Assembly (NCBI GenBank): GCA_038062835.1
Contig: JBBTWH010000005.1
Span: 20,699-84,698 of the forward strand
From: Patescibacteria group bacterium
Lineage (GTDB): Bacteria > Patescibacteriota > Patescibacteriia > SG8-24 > DYFX01
Length of the DNA: 64,000 bases
Direction: 5' to 3'
Shown here: in pieces, positions 35,058 through 45,130 of the stretch
Position numbering within the stretch: the first letter of the stretch is position 1
Layout of the letters: the number at the start of each line of letters is the position of its first letter
Notes under the pieces: generated by a model
What the model saw: only the letters and a program-made list of their open reading frames with translations
What the model was told of the DNA's origin: nothing
Databases searched by the model: none
Translations under genes and position numbers: made by a program

Positions 35058-37676
35058 TCAGCGGATGAGATCGAATACGTCGCCCGGATTCAGCCAGAGC
35101 ACGGCTTCGGATTTCGCGGCGTCGTAGGCCCAGGCGCCGGGCGCCAGTTCGGGCAGTCCGACTTTCGCGACCGTCGTCCCACTGGACCGCACTGAGGCGC
35201 CGAGGCCGGCGGACAAGCGCACCTGGAGCGGCTTCGTGAAGCCGTCGTACTCTACCCGCACCGAAGGCACGTTCGGGATGGAGGCCTTGTACGCGCCGCC
35301 TTCGGCCACGTTGGCGTAGGCGTATTCTCCGTCGAAGGCGCTGCCTGGTTTCAGCGTGACGGAACCGCCCGTGACGAGGTTCGTGAAGGTGACGTTCTTG
35401 TCGCCGGGACTATCGCGCAGGGCCAATACCAGCTGGGCGTAGAGGTCGGCGCAGCGCATCACGCCGGCTTCGGGGTCGTCATCGCAGGTGCCGAGGAAAG
35501 GAGACCTCGCCGCGACCGTCTCGCCGGCGTCGATGTCGCGCACGACGGACATGGCGTCGCCGGAGGTGACCGGTTCGGGCGCCCTCCACGGCACGGCGTC
35601 GATGAACATGACGCGTCGCAGGCTGTTGCGCGGGTCCGGCAGGCGCGGATTCTCCCGCTCGAAGCCGAGCGCGGAGGAATCGCCTTCGAAGCGGCGGAAA
35701 GTCACGTCCATCAGGCTGACGGGGCCGTCATGGTAGGTGAAGCCGCGCCTCGCGTCCTTCGGATCATCGGAACCGGCGAGCTTGCCTTCGATGACTGAAT
35801 CCTTGAGCGACGCGCCGAAAGCGGCGAACGTGCCGCCGATGCCGTTCTCGGACAGGTACGCGCCGCGCACTTCCATGCCCGCGCCGCGGATCCAGAATCC
35901 TCTCTCCCCGTTCATGACGGCGGTGAGACCCGTGAAGACCGCCGTGTCGTCCGGGATGTAGTTCATCATGCCTTTGTCGTTGTCGTCGACGTACAGCCCG
36001 GTCTTCCTGGCGCCGCGCACAGAATTACCGTCAAAGGAGAGCAGCATCGCCTCGCGAGGCTTGAGCCGCGTACCGCTGTTCTTGACGGCGTTCTCCGGCA
36101 GGAAATACCAGTACCCGAAGCCGGACGAGGCGACGACGGCGTTGCCGCGCAGCGCGTTGCCTGGATGCTTGATGAGGAAACCCGACGGCACCTCGTCCCC
36201 TGGCAAGGCGCCGGCGCGGACGTCAGCGACGAGATTGCCGGAGAAGGCGTTGTCCGTCTCGGCGCCGTCTTCGGTGGCGAAGCAGTGTCCGTAGACGCCG
36301 AAGGCGGCGTTTCCTTCGATCTTCGCGCCGGTCGTCTGACGAAGAGTCGCGCAGCGGTTGCCGGACGCGCGGATGACGCTCTCGCGCAGGATCGGCGCCG
36401 TGAGCCCGTCGAAGAGGAGCGGATACTGGCCGAAGGCGCCCTTGCGTCCGAGCTTCGCGAATTCGACGTTCGACACGTCGATCTTGGCGCGGTTGATGCC
36501 GCGCACGTAGCTGCCGAATCCGTCGCCCGTGCCGCTGACCGCGACATTGCGGTCGAGCAGGACGACTTCCGTCCGCAGCCCTTGTTCGGAGCGGTGCGCG
36601 TCCTCAAGCGGAGAATCGAGCGTCATGATGGCGCCCTCGACGGCTTTGATGACGCGTATCTCGTGCGCGTCGGCGTGCGTCGCGCCGAGGACGGCGACCT
36701 CGGAACCGACCGGCCAAGCGACGGCGTCGGAGAGCGTTATCTTGGCCGCGCCTGACTTCGTCGGCGCCGCGAGATTCGACCAGGCCTGTCCGACCGAAGC
36801 GCCGTGGAGCGAAAGCACACCGCCGTCGACGGTCAGTCCGTCGTCGCCGACCGCCGTCGATGCGGCACCCGTAAGGAATATCTCCGCGGACTTGCCGCGC
36901 GCGACGGGCGCGTCGGGCGTACCTGCCGTCAGGGAGCCGCGGACGGTGATCTGCCGCGCGGCGAGCTTCGTCGACGTCTCCGTATAGAATTCCAGCGTGC
37001 CGAAAATCTCCAGCGTCTTCAGGCTGGGCGACGATTCCATGTCATAGATGACCTTGATGCCGGCTGGAATCTTCACCTGCGCGCCGGTTCCCGGGCGCGA
37101 ACCGCCCCAGACCGTCGCGTCGCTCCAGGCGCCGGACTTCCGCGCGCTGAACTCCTTCGAAACGACGCCGCCAGCTCGGAGCGAGATGTCGTCGGCGATG
37201 GTCGGAAGCATCAGTTCAGAAGCCTTGTCGAAATCGGCGGCCGAAGCGACCGGTTCTCCTTCCTTGTACGTGAAAAAGAAGGCGTCCGGGATGTCGTCTA
37301 CCTTATGGTTCCAGTCGGTGCCGTAAAGCGCGCTCGCGGCCTGCTCGGTAGCGATCCAGCGGAGGCGCCCGCCCGAACCGACGGCGTAGACGCGCGGATC
37401 CGTCTGGATCTTCACGAGCTTCAAACCGGGGCGGTACGTGACGTTGCCGCCGATCGGGTACGAGGCGAGCGTCTCGGCCGAGACGGTCTCGACGCCGTCG
37501 AAGCCTTGGTACCAGCTGAAATAGACTTTCTCGTTGGGGAAGACATAGCGCTTGCCCTCGTCGACGTAGTAGACGGCGGACGCAGGGCCTTTGATGAGCG
37601 GCCCGGAGGCGGTCGCGGCGGATGGAAGAAGGGCCGCGAAGAAAGCCGCGGCGGCGATGAGGCGGAATCTCGTCAT
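35058..37676 (-). CDS. Large secreted right-handed parallel beta-helix repeat protein
   Basis: 872 aa, signal peptide, multiple Gly/Asn-rich beta-helix-like repeats (NAFSGN..., GNAVVASSGFGY..., NSVRGA...). Confidence 0.55.
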   Translation of the reverse strand: MTRFRLIAAAAFFAALLPSAATASGPLIKGPASAVYYVDEGKRYVFPNEKVYFSWYQGFDGVETVSAETLASYPIGGNVTYRPGLKLVKIQTDPRVYAVGSGGRLRWIATEQAASALYGTDWNHKVDDIPDAFFFTYKEGEPVASAADFDKASELMLPTIADDISLRAGGVVSKEFSARKSGAWSDATVWGGSRPGTGAQVKIPAGIKVIYDMESSPSLKTLEIFGTLEFYTETSTKLAARQITVRGSLTAGTPDAPVARGKSAEIFLTGAASTAVGDDGLTVDGGVLSLHGASVGQAWSNLAAPTKSGAAKITLSDAVAWPVGSEVAVLGATHADAHEIRVIKAVEGAIMTLDSPLEDAHRSEQGLRTEVVLLDRNVAVSGTGDGFGSYVRGINRAKIDVSNVEFAKLGRKGAFGQYPLLFDGLTAPILRESVIRASGNRCATLRQTTGAKIEGNAAFGVYGHCFATEDGAETDNAFSGNLVADVRAGALPGDEVPSGFLIKHPGNALRGNAVVASSGFGYWYFLPENAVKNSGTRLKPREAMLLSFDGNSVRGARKTGLYVDDNDKGMMNYIPDDTAVFTGLTAVMNGERGFWIRGAGMEVRGAYLSENGIGGTFAAFGASLKDSVIEGKLAGSDDPKDARRGFTYHDGPVSLMDVTFRRFEGDSSALGFERENPRLPDPRNSLRRVMFIDAVPWRAPEPVTSGDAMSVVRDIDAGETVAARSPFLGTCDDDPEAGVMRCADLYAQLVLALRDSPGDKNVTFTNLVTGGSVTLKPGSAFDGEYAYANVAEGGAYKASIPNVPSVRVEYDGFTKPLQVRLSAGLGASVRSSGTTVAKVGLPELAPGAWAYDAAKSEAVLWLNPGDVFDLIR

Positions 37677-37696
37677 ACGTCCCCTATTCTAGCACA

Positions 37697-39073
37697 TCAG
37701 AGCCCGGCGAGCGGAGAAGGACGCAGCAGTACGAGCGTCTGGCGGAGCTTCTTGACGTAGGAAATGGTCTCATCGCGGAGAGTGGCGTTCTTCATCTGCG
37801 TGACGGCCAGGCTCCTGGAGCCTTTCTTCTTCGACAAGGCGGCGATCTCGGCGGCGTGCGGCTCGGACCATGCGTCGCCCCACATCTTCACGGCGCGGCG
37901 GATGCGGGTCCCTCCGCCGTTATAGGCGGCGGCCAGGTATTCGATGACGCGGTCGTTGTTGACGTAATAGAGGTCCTTCACGGCCAGCGGCATGCCGGCA
38001 AGCTCGGCGTCGAGATACGCGACCGCGGCCTTGATGGCGTTGACCGGATGGGCCATGCCGCTCTCGAAATCAGGATCGAGGCCCAGTTCCTTCCGCGCGG
38101 CCATCAGCTTGTATGTGCTGGGGATGAACTGGAAGATGCCTTTCGCGCCCATCGACGAGCGCGAATAGGCGTAGGCGTCGTCTTGGTTGGCGCCGAGCAC
38201 GACGTAGACCGATTCCATGACGGATCGCGCGTTCGATCCCAGAAGCGAACCTTCGCTCAAGTGCTCGATGATGGCGATGGCTTCGAGCTGTTCCGGCTTG
38301 ATGACGTCGACGAGCAGGCGGTCCGGAAAGGCCCGCGAACGTATGCCGGCGGCGCGATACGCGTCGTAGGCTTCCTTGACGTCGGCGTCGAGCGTCTCGC
38401 GCCCCCAAGCGACCGTTTCCGGAGCGTGCAGGCGCTTGGAGTACGGCGCATAGACGACGTCATGCAGTTCGTAGCGCGGCTTGCGCTTCGTGACGGTCAC
38501 GTCCTTGAAGATCGGGTAGCGGACGCCGACGGCGATGTCTTCCGGATCGTCGAGGATGAACTCGGAATTCACTCCGTTGTTGCGCTTCACGCTCACGGGG
38601 ACGGGCGCATCGATCTTGAAGCCGCTCTTCTTCGCCTCGATGAGGCGTATCTCGCCGGTCTTTTCGTTCCAGACCGCGAGCGTGATGTCGACCCAGATGT
38701 CGTAGCTCGAGACGATTTCAGGCTTCTTGCCATCGTTCAATTCCTTGATGCGCGCCTGAAGCATCGTCCTCGCTCGTCCGACGGCGTCGCGCATCGGATA
38801 GGCGGACGAGGGCGGCGCGGGCGGGATTTCCGGCGCGGGCTGAGGCGCCGGAGCTTCTTCGACTATCGGCGTCGGACCTGCTTCGAGCAAGCGCGCCAGT
38901 TGCGGGCACGCCGGGGCTTTCAATCCGCTGGAGACGTGGAAGTACATGCCGTCCGCCATCTCGAAGACGTCGGAGCGGCCGCATCCCTCGGCGCGCGCCG
39001 ATAGTCCGGCCAGCATCGAGGCGGCGGCGAAAGCGACGGCGAGCAGGCGTTTCCGGTCGCGCATAGTGTCCAT
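37697..39073 (-). CDS. Secreted lytic transglycosylase (SLT domain) protein
   Basis: Signal peptide. C-terminal SLT motifs (...GIFQFIPSTY..., ...AAYNGGGTR...). Confidence 0.65.
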   Translation of the reverse strand: MDTMRDRKRLLAVAFAAASMLAGLSARAEGCGRSDVFEMADGMYFHVSSGLKAPACPQLARLLEAGPTPIVEEAPAPQPAPEIPPAPPSSAYPMRDAVGRARTMLQARIKELNDGKKPEIVSSYDIWVDITLAVWNEKTGEIRLIEAKKSGFKIDAPVPVSVKRNNGVNSEFILDDPEDIAVGVRYPIFKDVTVTKRKPRYELHDVVYAPYSKRLHAPETVAWGRETLDADVKEAYDAYRAAGIRSRAFPDRLLVDVIKPEQLEAIAIIEHLSEGSLLGSNARSVMESVYVVLGANQDDAYAYSRSSMGAKGIFQFIPSTYKLMAARKELGLDPDFESGMAHPVNAIKAAVAYLDAELAGMPLAVKDLYYVNNDRVIEYLAAAYNGGGTRIRRAVKMWGDAWSEPHAAEIAALSKKKGSRSLAVTQMKNATLRDETISYVKKLRQTLVLLRPSPLAGL

Positions 39074-39103
39074 GATGACTTAGACGTTCCTGCGGCTGAT
39101 ACC

Positions 39104-40375
39104 TTACCGCGCGTCGGACGAGCGCGACAGGTTGAAATCTCGATAGACGTTGCGCGCGTTCCAGAGCAGGAAGCCGCCGCCTCCTCGGTCGCGTACGGCC
39201 CGGATCTGGGCATCGATCTCGTCGGCGGCGTAGGTCGCGCCGATGTCGAACGCCTGGATCCACGGCCGCTGCTGCGCAAGTTCGACGCCGCATGGCATCA
39301 GGAGAGCGGACGTGGCGCTACGGACGCCGCTCGCGACTTCGGCGCACTGCTTCTCGCGAGTCGCGTAGAGCTTGTTGGCCTTCATCAGGCTGTCGGAGAC
39401 GATCTCGTAAGGATGCTCGGCGGGATTGTCGAAGCCGAGCGTGCCGTCCCCGTAATGCGAAGGATAGACCATCGCGGAGACCGCCGTGGCGTTCGGCAAG
39501 GCGTCGACGAGGAGCTGGCCGATGCCGAGGTCGTAGTCGACATACCAAGTGACGTATCCGAAGAGGTCGAAGGAAATCGGGATGCCGGCCTTTTTTTCGA
39601 GCTCGCGATTCATGAAGGAGAAGAACTCGCGGATGACCTCGTGTTTCGGCTTCGCGCCGTCGTGGTGCAGGTAGACTACGCTCGCCATGTTCCCGTCGCT
39701 CGGGAAGCGGACGTAGTCGAACTGGATCTCGTCGAAGCCGCGCGCGTAGACGTCCTTGGCGACCTCGACATTATACCGCCAGGCGGCCTTCGACGCCGGG
39801 TCGACCCACGTCACGCCCTTGTAATCCGCCCAGACGCCTCCGCCGGAGCGATGGATGGCCTCGTCCGGAAACCGCTTCACGTACATCGGGTCCTGGAAGA
39901 CGAAGACGCGCGCGATGCGGTAAAGGCCCGCCTCCCCCGCCTCAGTGAGCACCGCGTCGATGTCGGGAATCGTGGACTTCTCCGGCGCGTGCGCCCTGAG
40001 CGTCTCGCGCTGCGGCATGAACGAAAGCAGGCCGTCGCCGTCCTTCACGTCGATGACGACAGCGTTCAGCCCGTTGCGCCTGGCATAAGCGAAAAGATCC
40101 GCGCGGATCTTTGGAGAGGCGGCGCTGTGGGCCGTCATGTAGAATCCGCGCACTTCCTCCGGCATCTGGACGTGACGCACGCTGGAGCCTCCCGACTCGC
40201 CGGCGGAGGCCGGGAGCCAGACCTGGGCCAAGTCCGCCGGCGTCTCCGTCAGGTAAAGCCCGGTCAGCGTCGACGTGCCGATGATGAGGAACCAGCCGAT
40301 GGCGAGGATCGGCGTCTTCCAGCGCGCCTCGAGCGAAGCGATCTTTTTCGAGATGGGGCTCCCGAGAGGCCTCAT
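39104..40375 (-). CDS. Putative glycoside hydrolase, TIM-barrel (PF13200/GHL-type) with N-terminal membrane anchor
   Basis: ...LNAVVIDVKDGDG..., ...DEIQFDYVRFP... as in the putative glycosyl hydrolase domain family. Confidence 0.55.
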   Translation of the reverse strand: MRPLGSPISKKIASLEARWKTPILAIGWFLIIGTSTLTGLYLTETPADLAQVWLPASAGESGGSSVRHVQMPEEVRGFYMTAHSAASPKIRADLFAYARRNGLNAVVIDVKDGDGLLSFMPQRETLRAHAPEKSTIPDIDAVLTEAGEAGLYRIARVFVFQDPMYVKRFPDEAIHRSGGGVWADYKGVTWVDPASKAAWRYNVEVAKDVYARGFDEIQFDYVRFPSDGNMASVVYLHHDGAKPKHEVIREFFSFMNRELEKKAGIPISFDLFGYVTWYVDYDLGIGQLLVDALPNATAVSAMVYPSHYGDGTLGFDNPAEHPYEIVSDSLMKANKLYATREKQCAEVASGVRSATSALLMPCGVELAQQRPWIQAFDIGATYAADEIDAQIRAVRDRGGGGFLLWNARNVYRDFNLSRSSDAR

Positions 40376-41511
40376 GGTCGGCGTCCGTACGGAGGATGCG
40401 CGTCAAGCGTGGCGCGGAGCTCGATCGTCGTACCGGCGCGCGCGATCTTCAGCCGCGCGACGTCGCCGACCGACAGGGACTGGACGGCCTTGGCCAGCGT
40501 CCACTTGCCTTCGAGCTTCTTGCCGTTGACCTCGAGGATGACGTCGCCTTCGAGGAGTCCTGCCGCCGCGGCCGGGCTGTTCGGAAGGACGACCGCGTCC
40601 GACGGATCCTCTCCGCCGACCAGCGCGCCGTAGCCGTACGCCAAGGAGCGTTCGATCTTCAGTTCCGGCGTGATGGTGAAATAACGGACGCCGAGACGCG
40701 GCCGCGCGATGGCGCCGTAGCGGCGGTACGAGGTCAGGACCTTGCGGACTTCGGAAACGGGAATCGCGAAACCGAGGCCTTGCGCGTCCTGTTCGACCGC
40801 CGTATTGACGCCGATGACCTTGCCGTCCAGATTCAGGAGCGGCCCGCCGGAGTTTCCGCCGTTGATGGCGGCGTCGGTCTGGAGGAGCTCTTCGAGACGC
40901 TCGAGGTCGCCGGTCACGTTGTTGGCCGCCTCGACATCGCGCCCGACGCCCGAAAGGATGCCGCTCGTGACGGTGTTGGCGTACTTGCCGAGCGCGTTGC
41001 CGATGGCGACGGTCGTCTGGCCGAGTCTCAGCCTGTCGTCCGCCTCGAGCGCGAGGAACGGCAGGCCCTTGGCGTCGATCTTCAGGAGCGCGAGGTCGTT
41101 GACCGGATCGATGTCGATGACCTTCGCGCTGAAGGATCGGCCGTCCGTCAGAAGGGCCGTCAGGACCGCGTCGCGCTCGAAAGCGACATGGCGGTTGGTG
41201 ATGACGAGTCCGTCGGCGTCGATGAGGAATCCGGTACCCTTGCCGATCTCGATGAGCGCTTCCTGTTGTCCGCGCTGCTGGACCAGGATGGAGACGACGG
41301 CCGGCGAAGCGGTGGAGACAAGCTTGATGATGCGGTCTTCCTCGCTGAGAGAACCGGCCGGCGTCTTCACGGCGGCGGCGCCGGCTGGGCGCGCGAGCGA
41401 CGACCAGGCCAAGTGGACCGATACGGCCACGATGACGTTCAAGACGAGCAGTCCAAAAACGCGAAAATGTCGGGATGCGGAGGTAGCTTCCATAGTGAGC
41501 CTATTGTACAT
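40372..41511 (-). CDS. htrA: HtrA/DegP-family trypsin-like serine protease with C-terminal PDZ domain
   Basis: Catalytic triad context (...ITNRHV..., ...D.ALLKI..., GNSGGPLLN) and a PDZ domain. Start placed at MYNRLTMEAT before the TM anchor. The tracked ORF has a roughly 94-codon upstream extension. Confidence 0.8.
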   Translation of the reverse strand: MYNRLTMEATSASRHFRVFGLLVLNVIVAVSVHLAWSSLARPAGAAAVKTPAGSLSEEDRIIKLVSTASPAVVSILVQQRGQQEALIEIGKGTGFLIDADGLVITNRHVAFERDAVLTALLTDGRSFSAKVIDIDPVNDLALLKIDAKGLPFLALEADDRLRLGQTTVAIGNALGKYANTVTSGILSGVGRDVEAANNVTGDLERLEELLQTDAAINGGNSGGPLLNLDGKVIGVNTAVEQDAQGLGFAIPVSEVRKVLTSYRRYGAIARPRLGVRYFTITPELKIERSLAYGYGALVGGEDPSDAVVLPNSPAAAAGLLEGDVILEVNGKKLEGKWTLAKAVQSLSVGDVARLKIARAGTTIELRATLDAHPPYGRRP

Positions 41512-41536
41512 CAAGACACGGCACGAAAAAAGCAGG

Positions 41537-42079
41537 CTAGGAAGCCTGCTGACATCCCTCGCTGATGCTGAAGAGGATGCGGGTGACTGGCGTAGAGTTG
41601 CCGACGTCGAGGAGATCATCGCCGCGGATCTTGCGGTAGCAGAGATTGCCGCCGACGACGAATTCACCGTACCGAAGTCCGTGGTTCGGGATGAATGTCC
41701 CAGAAAAGAGCATCTGGAAGCGCTCGAGGGTGGCCATGCATCCATCCCTGGGGCCGACGCGCACGGCATCATAGAGCCCGATGCACGGGTCACGCAGCGT
41801 CAAGGCATACTTGGCTGTCCGCGTCTGGAGATGAAAGGTCTGGCCGACTTCGAGCTGGGCCGTCAGGAGCGAGCCTTCGGGCGGCGCGTCCTGAGGCGGA
41901 TTGGCTTCTCGGGCGGGTGCGGCCGCCGCTATCGCCGCCGCCTTCGGAGACTCCGCCGGACGATCCGCCGAAGCGTCGCCTGAGGACGATCCTTCGTCCT
42001 TGCGCCAGATGACCGCGCAGACCGCGACCGCGAGTAGGACGGCCGTGGCCGCCATGATGCAAGCGAGAATGACTGGCAT
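41537..42079 (-). CDS. Hypothetical membrane-anchored protein
   Basis: Start placed at MPVILACIMAATAVLLAVAV... (TM anchor), then an Ala/Pro-rich linker and a Cys-containing domain. Confidence 0.35.
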   Translation of the reverse strand: MPVILACIMAATAVLLAVAVCAVIWRKDEGSSSGDASADRPAESPKAAAIAAAAPAREANPPQDAPPEGSLLTAQLEVGQTFHLQTRTAKYALTLRDPCIGLYDAVRVGPRDGCMATLERFQMLFSGTFIPNHGLRYGEFVVGGNLCYRKIRGDDLLDVGNSTPVTRILFSISEGCQQAS

Positions 42080-42170
42080 AGGGACTCCTTCGCTCGATGC
42101 GTCCGGCCTACCGTAGCCGCTTTCCGGCCGATTGTCAATGGCGCGGACGCGTGGTACGCTTGGGGCGCAT

Positions 42171-43577
42171 ATGAAGAGATTTTCCCTTATTTTGCTCTTG
42201 ATTTCGATGTGTACGAGCGCGCTCCCGGCGCGCTCGGCGGAGTTGAACCCTGACGTCATCCTCTCGGACAAGGAACTCACGTCCGCCGACGTCCCATCCG
42301 GTTTCTCCCAGGCCTTCCTGGAGTCCCGCGGCGGCGCGCTGGCCAGGATGACGTTCCGCGACGAGCTGATCGACGGATCGATGAGGAAGCCTGGCGACAT
42401 CATCGACCTGTACGGGAAAATCTTCGGAGTAAATCCGCGCTATCTGCTTGCGCTCATCCAGAAGGAGCAGAGCCTCGTCACCGACAAGAATCCTTCCAAG
42501 TGCCAGCTCGACTGGGCCGCCGGCTACGGCCGTCCGGACGGTTCGACCTGCGACACATGGCACCTGTCGCGCGGATTCTCCCAGCAAATCGCGAACGCCG
42601 CCGCCTTCGTGCAGTGCTTCTACTCGGATTCGACCGACAAATGCGGCAGCCGACGATTTTTCGGACTATTTCCGGGGCGCGCGACATCGATCGACGGTCA
42701 GACCGTCATTCCTGGCAACGTCGCGACGGCCATGCTCTACACGTATACGCCGCATGTCCATGGCAACCAGAACCTGGTGAAGCTCTGGAGCGGCTGGTTC
42801 TCGATGGGCTATCCCGACGGCTCGGCCCTGCAGTCCCCCGCTGGCGACGTCTACCTCATCCAGGGCGGCTTGAAACGCCGCTTCGCCAACAAAGGCGCGT
42901 TGAAGACGCGCATCGACGGCACGCGCGTCATTCCCGTCTCCGAGTCGATCCTGGCTGGGTTCCAGGAAGGCGCGTCCATCAAGTTCTCCGATTACGCGCT
43001 GGTCCGCATACCGTCCGGCGCGGTCTACCTGCTTTCCGGCGACCGCAAGCGCCCCATCGAATCGATGGAGGTCTTCCGCTCGATCGGTTTCAACCCAGAG
43101 GAGATCGACGACGTGGCCGAGGAAGACCTTGAACCTTACGCCGAGGGCGACATGATCACGCTGAAGAGCGCGTATCCGACGGGCGCCTTGCTGCAGGACA
43201 ACAAGACCGGCGGCGTGTACTTCGTCGAGAACGGCGTGAAGCGCCCGATCGTCTCGGCCGAGATCATGAAGACCAACTACCCGAACAAGAAAATCTCCGC
43301 CATCTCCCCTTCCGCGCTCGAGAAATACGCCGGCGCCGAGCCGGTAAAGTTCCGCGACGGCGAATTGATCACGAGCCCGGGCTCCGATCGGGCGATATTC
43401 GCGGTTTCCAACGGCCAGCGACGCCCCATCGTCTCTGGCGCGGTCTTCGAGCAGCTCGGCTACTCGTGGAAGCGCGTCATCTACACGTCCGACGCAGCCG
43501 TCAACCTGCACCCGCTGGGTGAAGCCATCACCGGGCTACCGACGGCGACCGGATCGCAAACCGCGCTTTCACGCTGA
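42171..43577 (+). CDS. Secreted protein with tandem roughly 60-aa repeats
   Basis: Signal peptide MKRFSLILLLISMCTSALPARSA. At least four repeats of the pattern G.VY.(V/I)..G.KR.I.S..VF...G(F/Y) (GGLKRRF / SGDRKRPI / NGVKRPI / NGQRRPI). Confidence 0.5.
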   Translation: MKRFSLILLLISMCTSALPARSAELNPDVILSDKELTSADVPSGFSQAFLESRGGALARMTFRDELIDGSMRKPGDIIDLYGKIFGVNPRYLLALIQKEQSLVTDKNPSKCQLDWAAGYGRPDGSTCDTWHLSRGFSQQIANAAAFVQCFYSDSTDKCGSRRFFGLFPGRATSIDGQTVIPGNVATAMLYTYTPHVHGNQNLVKLWSGWFSMGYPDGSALQSPAGDVYLIQGGLKRRFANKGALKTRIDGTRVIPVSESILAGFQEGASIKFSDYALVRIPSGAVYLLSGDRKRPIESMEVFRSIGFNPEEIDDVAEEDLEPYAEGDMITLKSAYPTGALLQDNKTGGVYFVENGVKRPIVSAEIMKTNYPNKKISAISPSALEKYAGAEPVKFRDGELITSPGSDRAIFAVSNGQRRPIVSGAVFEQLGYSWKRVIYTSDAAVNLHPLGEAITGLPTATGSQTALSR

Positions 43578-43578
43578 T

Positions 43579-44373
43579 ATGCCTATCGTTTTCGCGGCGG
43601 TCGTCCCGCATTCGCCCATACTCATCCCGTCGGTCGGCAAGGAGCACCTGAAGAAGCTCAAGAAGACCGTGGCGGCCATGAAGCGCCTGGAACAGGAGCT
43701 TTACGCCGCGCACCCTGACACCATCCTCGTCATCTCGCCGCACGGCCCCGTCGAGGCCGACCACTTCACGCTGGATCTCAACGAGAAGTACGTCTGCGAC
43801 TTGAAGGACTTCGGCGTGTTCGACGTCTCGGTGGACTGCCGCGCCGACATGAAGCTCATCAGCGCGCTCAAGGAGCACGTCGAAGACCGCGGCGTGCCGT
43901 TCATGCTGCGGACGGAGCGCGCGCTGGACTACGGCGTGGTCGTGCCGCTCATCTACCTGACCGAGCACATCCAGAGATATTCCGTCCTGCCGATCTATCC
44001 ATCGCTCCTCCCGGCCAAGAGTCATTTCGAATTCGGTCAGGCCATCCAGGAGGTGCTGCTGCATTCCGAGCGGCGCGTGGCCGTCATCGCCTCCGCGGAC
44101 CTCTCGCACCGGCTGACGCGTTCGGCGCCGGCCGGCTATTCGCCGTACGGCAGGAAGTTCGACGACAAGATCGTCACGCTGCTTACGGAGCGGAAATACC
44201 AGGCGCTCCTCACGTTCGAGCCCGAACTGGCCTCCAAGGCCGCGCAATGCGGACTGCCGCCGCTCACCATCTTCGCCGGCATCCTGGACGGCATGCATGC
44301 GGTGCCGGAGGTCATTTCGTATGAGAGTCCTTTCGGCATCGGATCGCTCACGGTCCATTACTCTTTCATATGA
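43579..44373 (+). CDS. Class III extradiol dioxygenase (LigB/DODA-type) family protein
   Basis: N-terminus AAVVPHSPILIP...ISPHGP and ...ASADLSHRL... resemble the conserved His clusters of the LigB family. Confidence 0.5.
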   Translation: MPIVFAAVVPHSPILIPSVGKEHLKKLKKTVAAMKRLEQELYAAHPDTILVISPHGPVEADHFTLDLNEKYVCDLKDFGVFDVSVDCRADMKLISALKEHVEDRGVPFMLRTERALDYGVVVPLIYLTEHIQRYSVLPIYPSLLPAKSHFEFGQAIQEVLLHSERRVAVIASADLSHRLTRSAPAGYSPYGRKFDDKIVTLLTERKYQALLTFEPELASKAAQCGLPPLTIFAGILDGMHAVPEVISYESPFGIGSLTVHYSFI

Positions 44374-44636
44374 CGGCCATGGAAGGCATCGGCGGCGTCA
44401 TCAGGAAGAGGTCCGAATCGAAACCGAACACGCGCATCCACTCTGAAGCGCACGCCCTGGCCGACGAGATCAGCGCTCATTTCAACGAGCGCCAGCGGTT
44501 CGCGATGTACCTCGGCGTCATCAAGCGCGTCGGCGTCCCGGCGGCGCGAGCGATCTTCGCGGAGATCAAGTCCGAGAGCAACGCCCGGAACCCGCGTAAG
44601 CTGTTCATGTGGCTTGCCAAGAACCCCAAAAAGTGA
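44370..44636 (+). CDS. Small basic hypothetical protein
   Basis: 88 aa, start overlaps the upstream stop (ATGA). No family recognised. Confidence 0.3.
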   Translation: MTAMEGIGGVIRKRSESKPNTRIHSEAHALADEISAHFNERQRFAMYLGVIKRVGVPAARAIFAEIKSESNARNPRKLFMWLAKNPKK

Positions 44637-44652
44637 TAGCCTGAACGATCCT

Positions 44653-45123
44653 ATGGCCAATCTCCCGATACTGACGCTTCCGAATCCGCAGCTCCGCCGG
44701 CGCTCGGAAGACGTCGATCCTAAACTCATCAGGACCCAGGAATTCCAGGCCTGGCTCGACGACCTCATCGAGACCATGTGGAAAGCCGACGGCGTCGGCA
44801 TCGCCGCCCCTCAGGTCGGCCGCTCCGTCCGGGTATTCATCGCGGTCGACGGCAAGACGCCCTACGTCGTCATCAACCCGGTCGTGACCGGGAAGTCTTG
44901 GCGCATGGAAGATAGCGAGGAAGGCTGCCTCTCGGTACCGGGCAGGTACGGCGTCGTCCGCCGCTATCGCGCCTTCAAGATCAAATGCCTCGATCGCGAG
45001 GGCAAAAAGGCCGTTCACGAACCGTCCGGATTCTTCGCCCGCGTGCTCCAGCACGAACTCGACCATCTCGACGGCGTGCTCTTCGTGGATCGCGCCAAGA
45101 AGATCGTCGACATCCAGCCGTAA
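44653..45123 (+). CDS. def: Peptide deformylase
   Basis: GIAAPQVG, EGCLSVPG and QHELDHLDG motifs. Followed by fmt. Confidence 0.9.
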   Translation: MANLPILTLPNPQLRRRSEDVDPKLIRTQEFQAWLDDLIETMWKADGVGIAAPQVGRSVRVFIAVDGKTPYVVINPVVTGKSWRMEDSEEGCLSVPGRYGVVRRYRAFKIKCLDREGKKAVHEPSGFFARVLQHELDHLDGVLFVDRAKKIVDIQP

Positions 45124-45130
45124 CCTTCCT

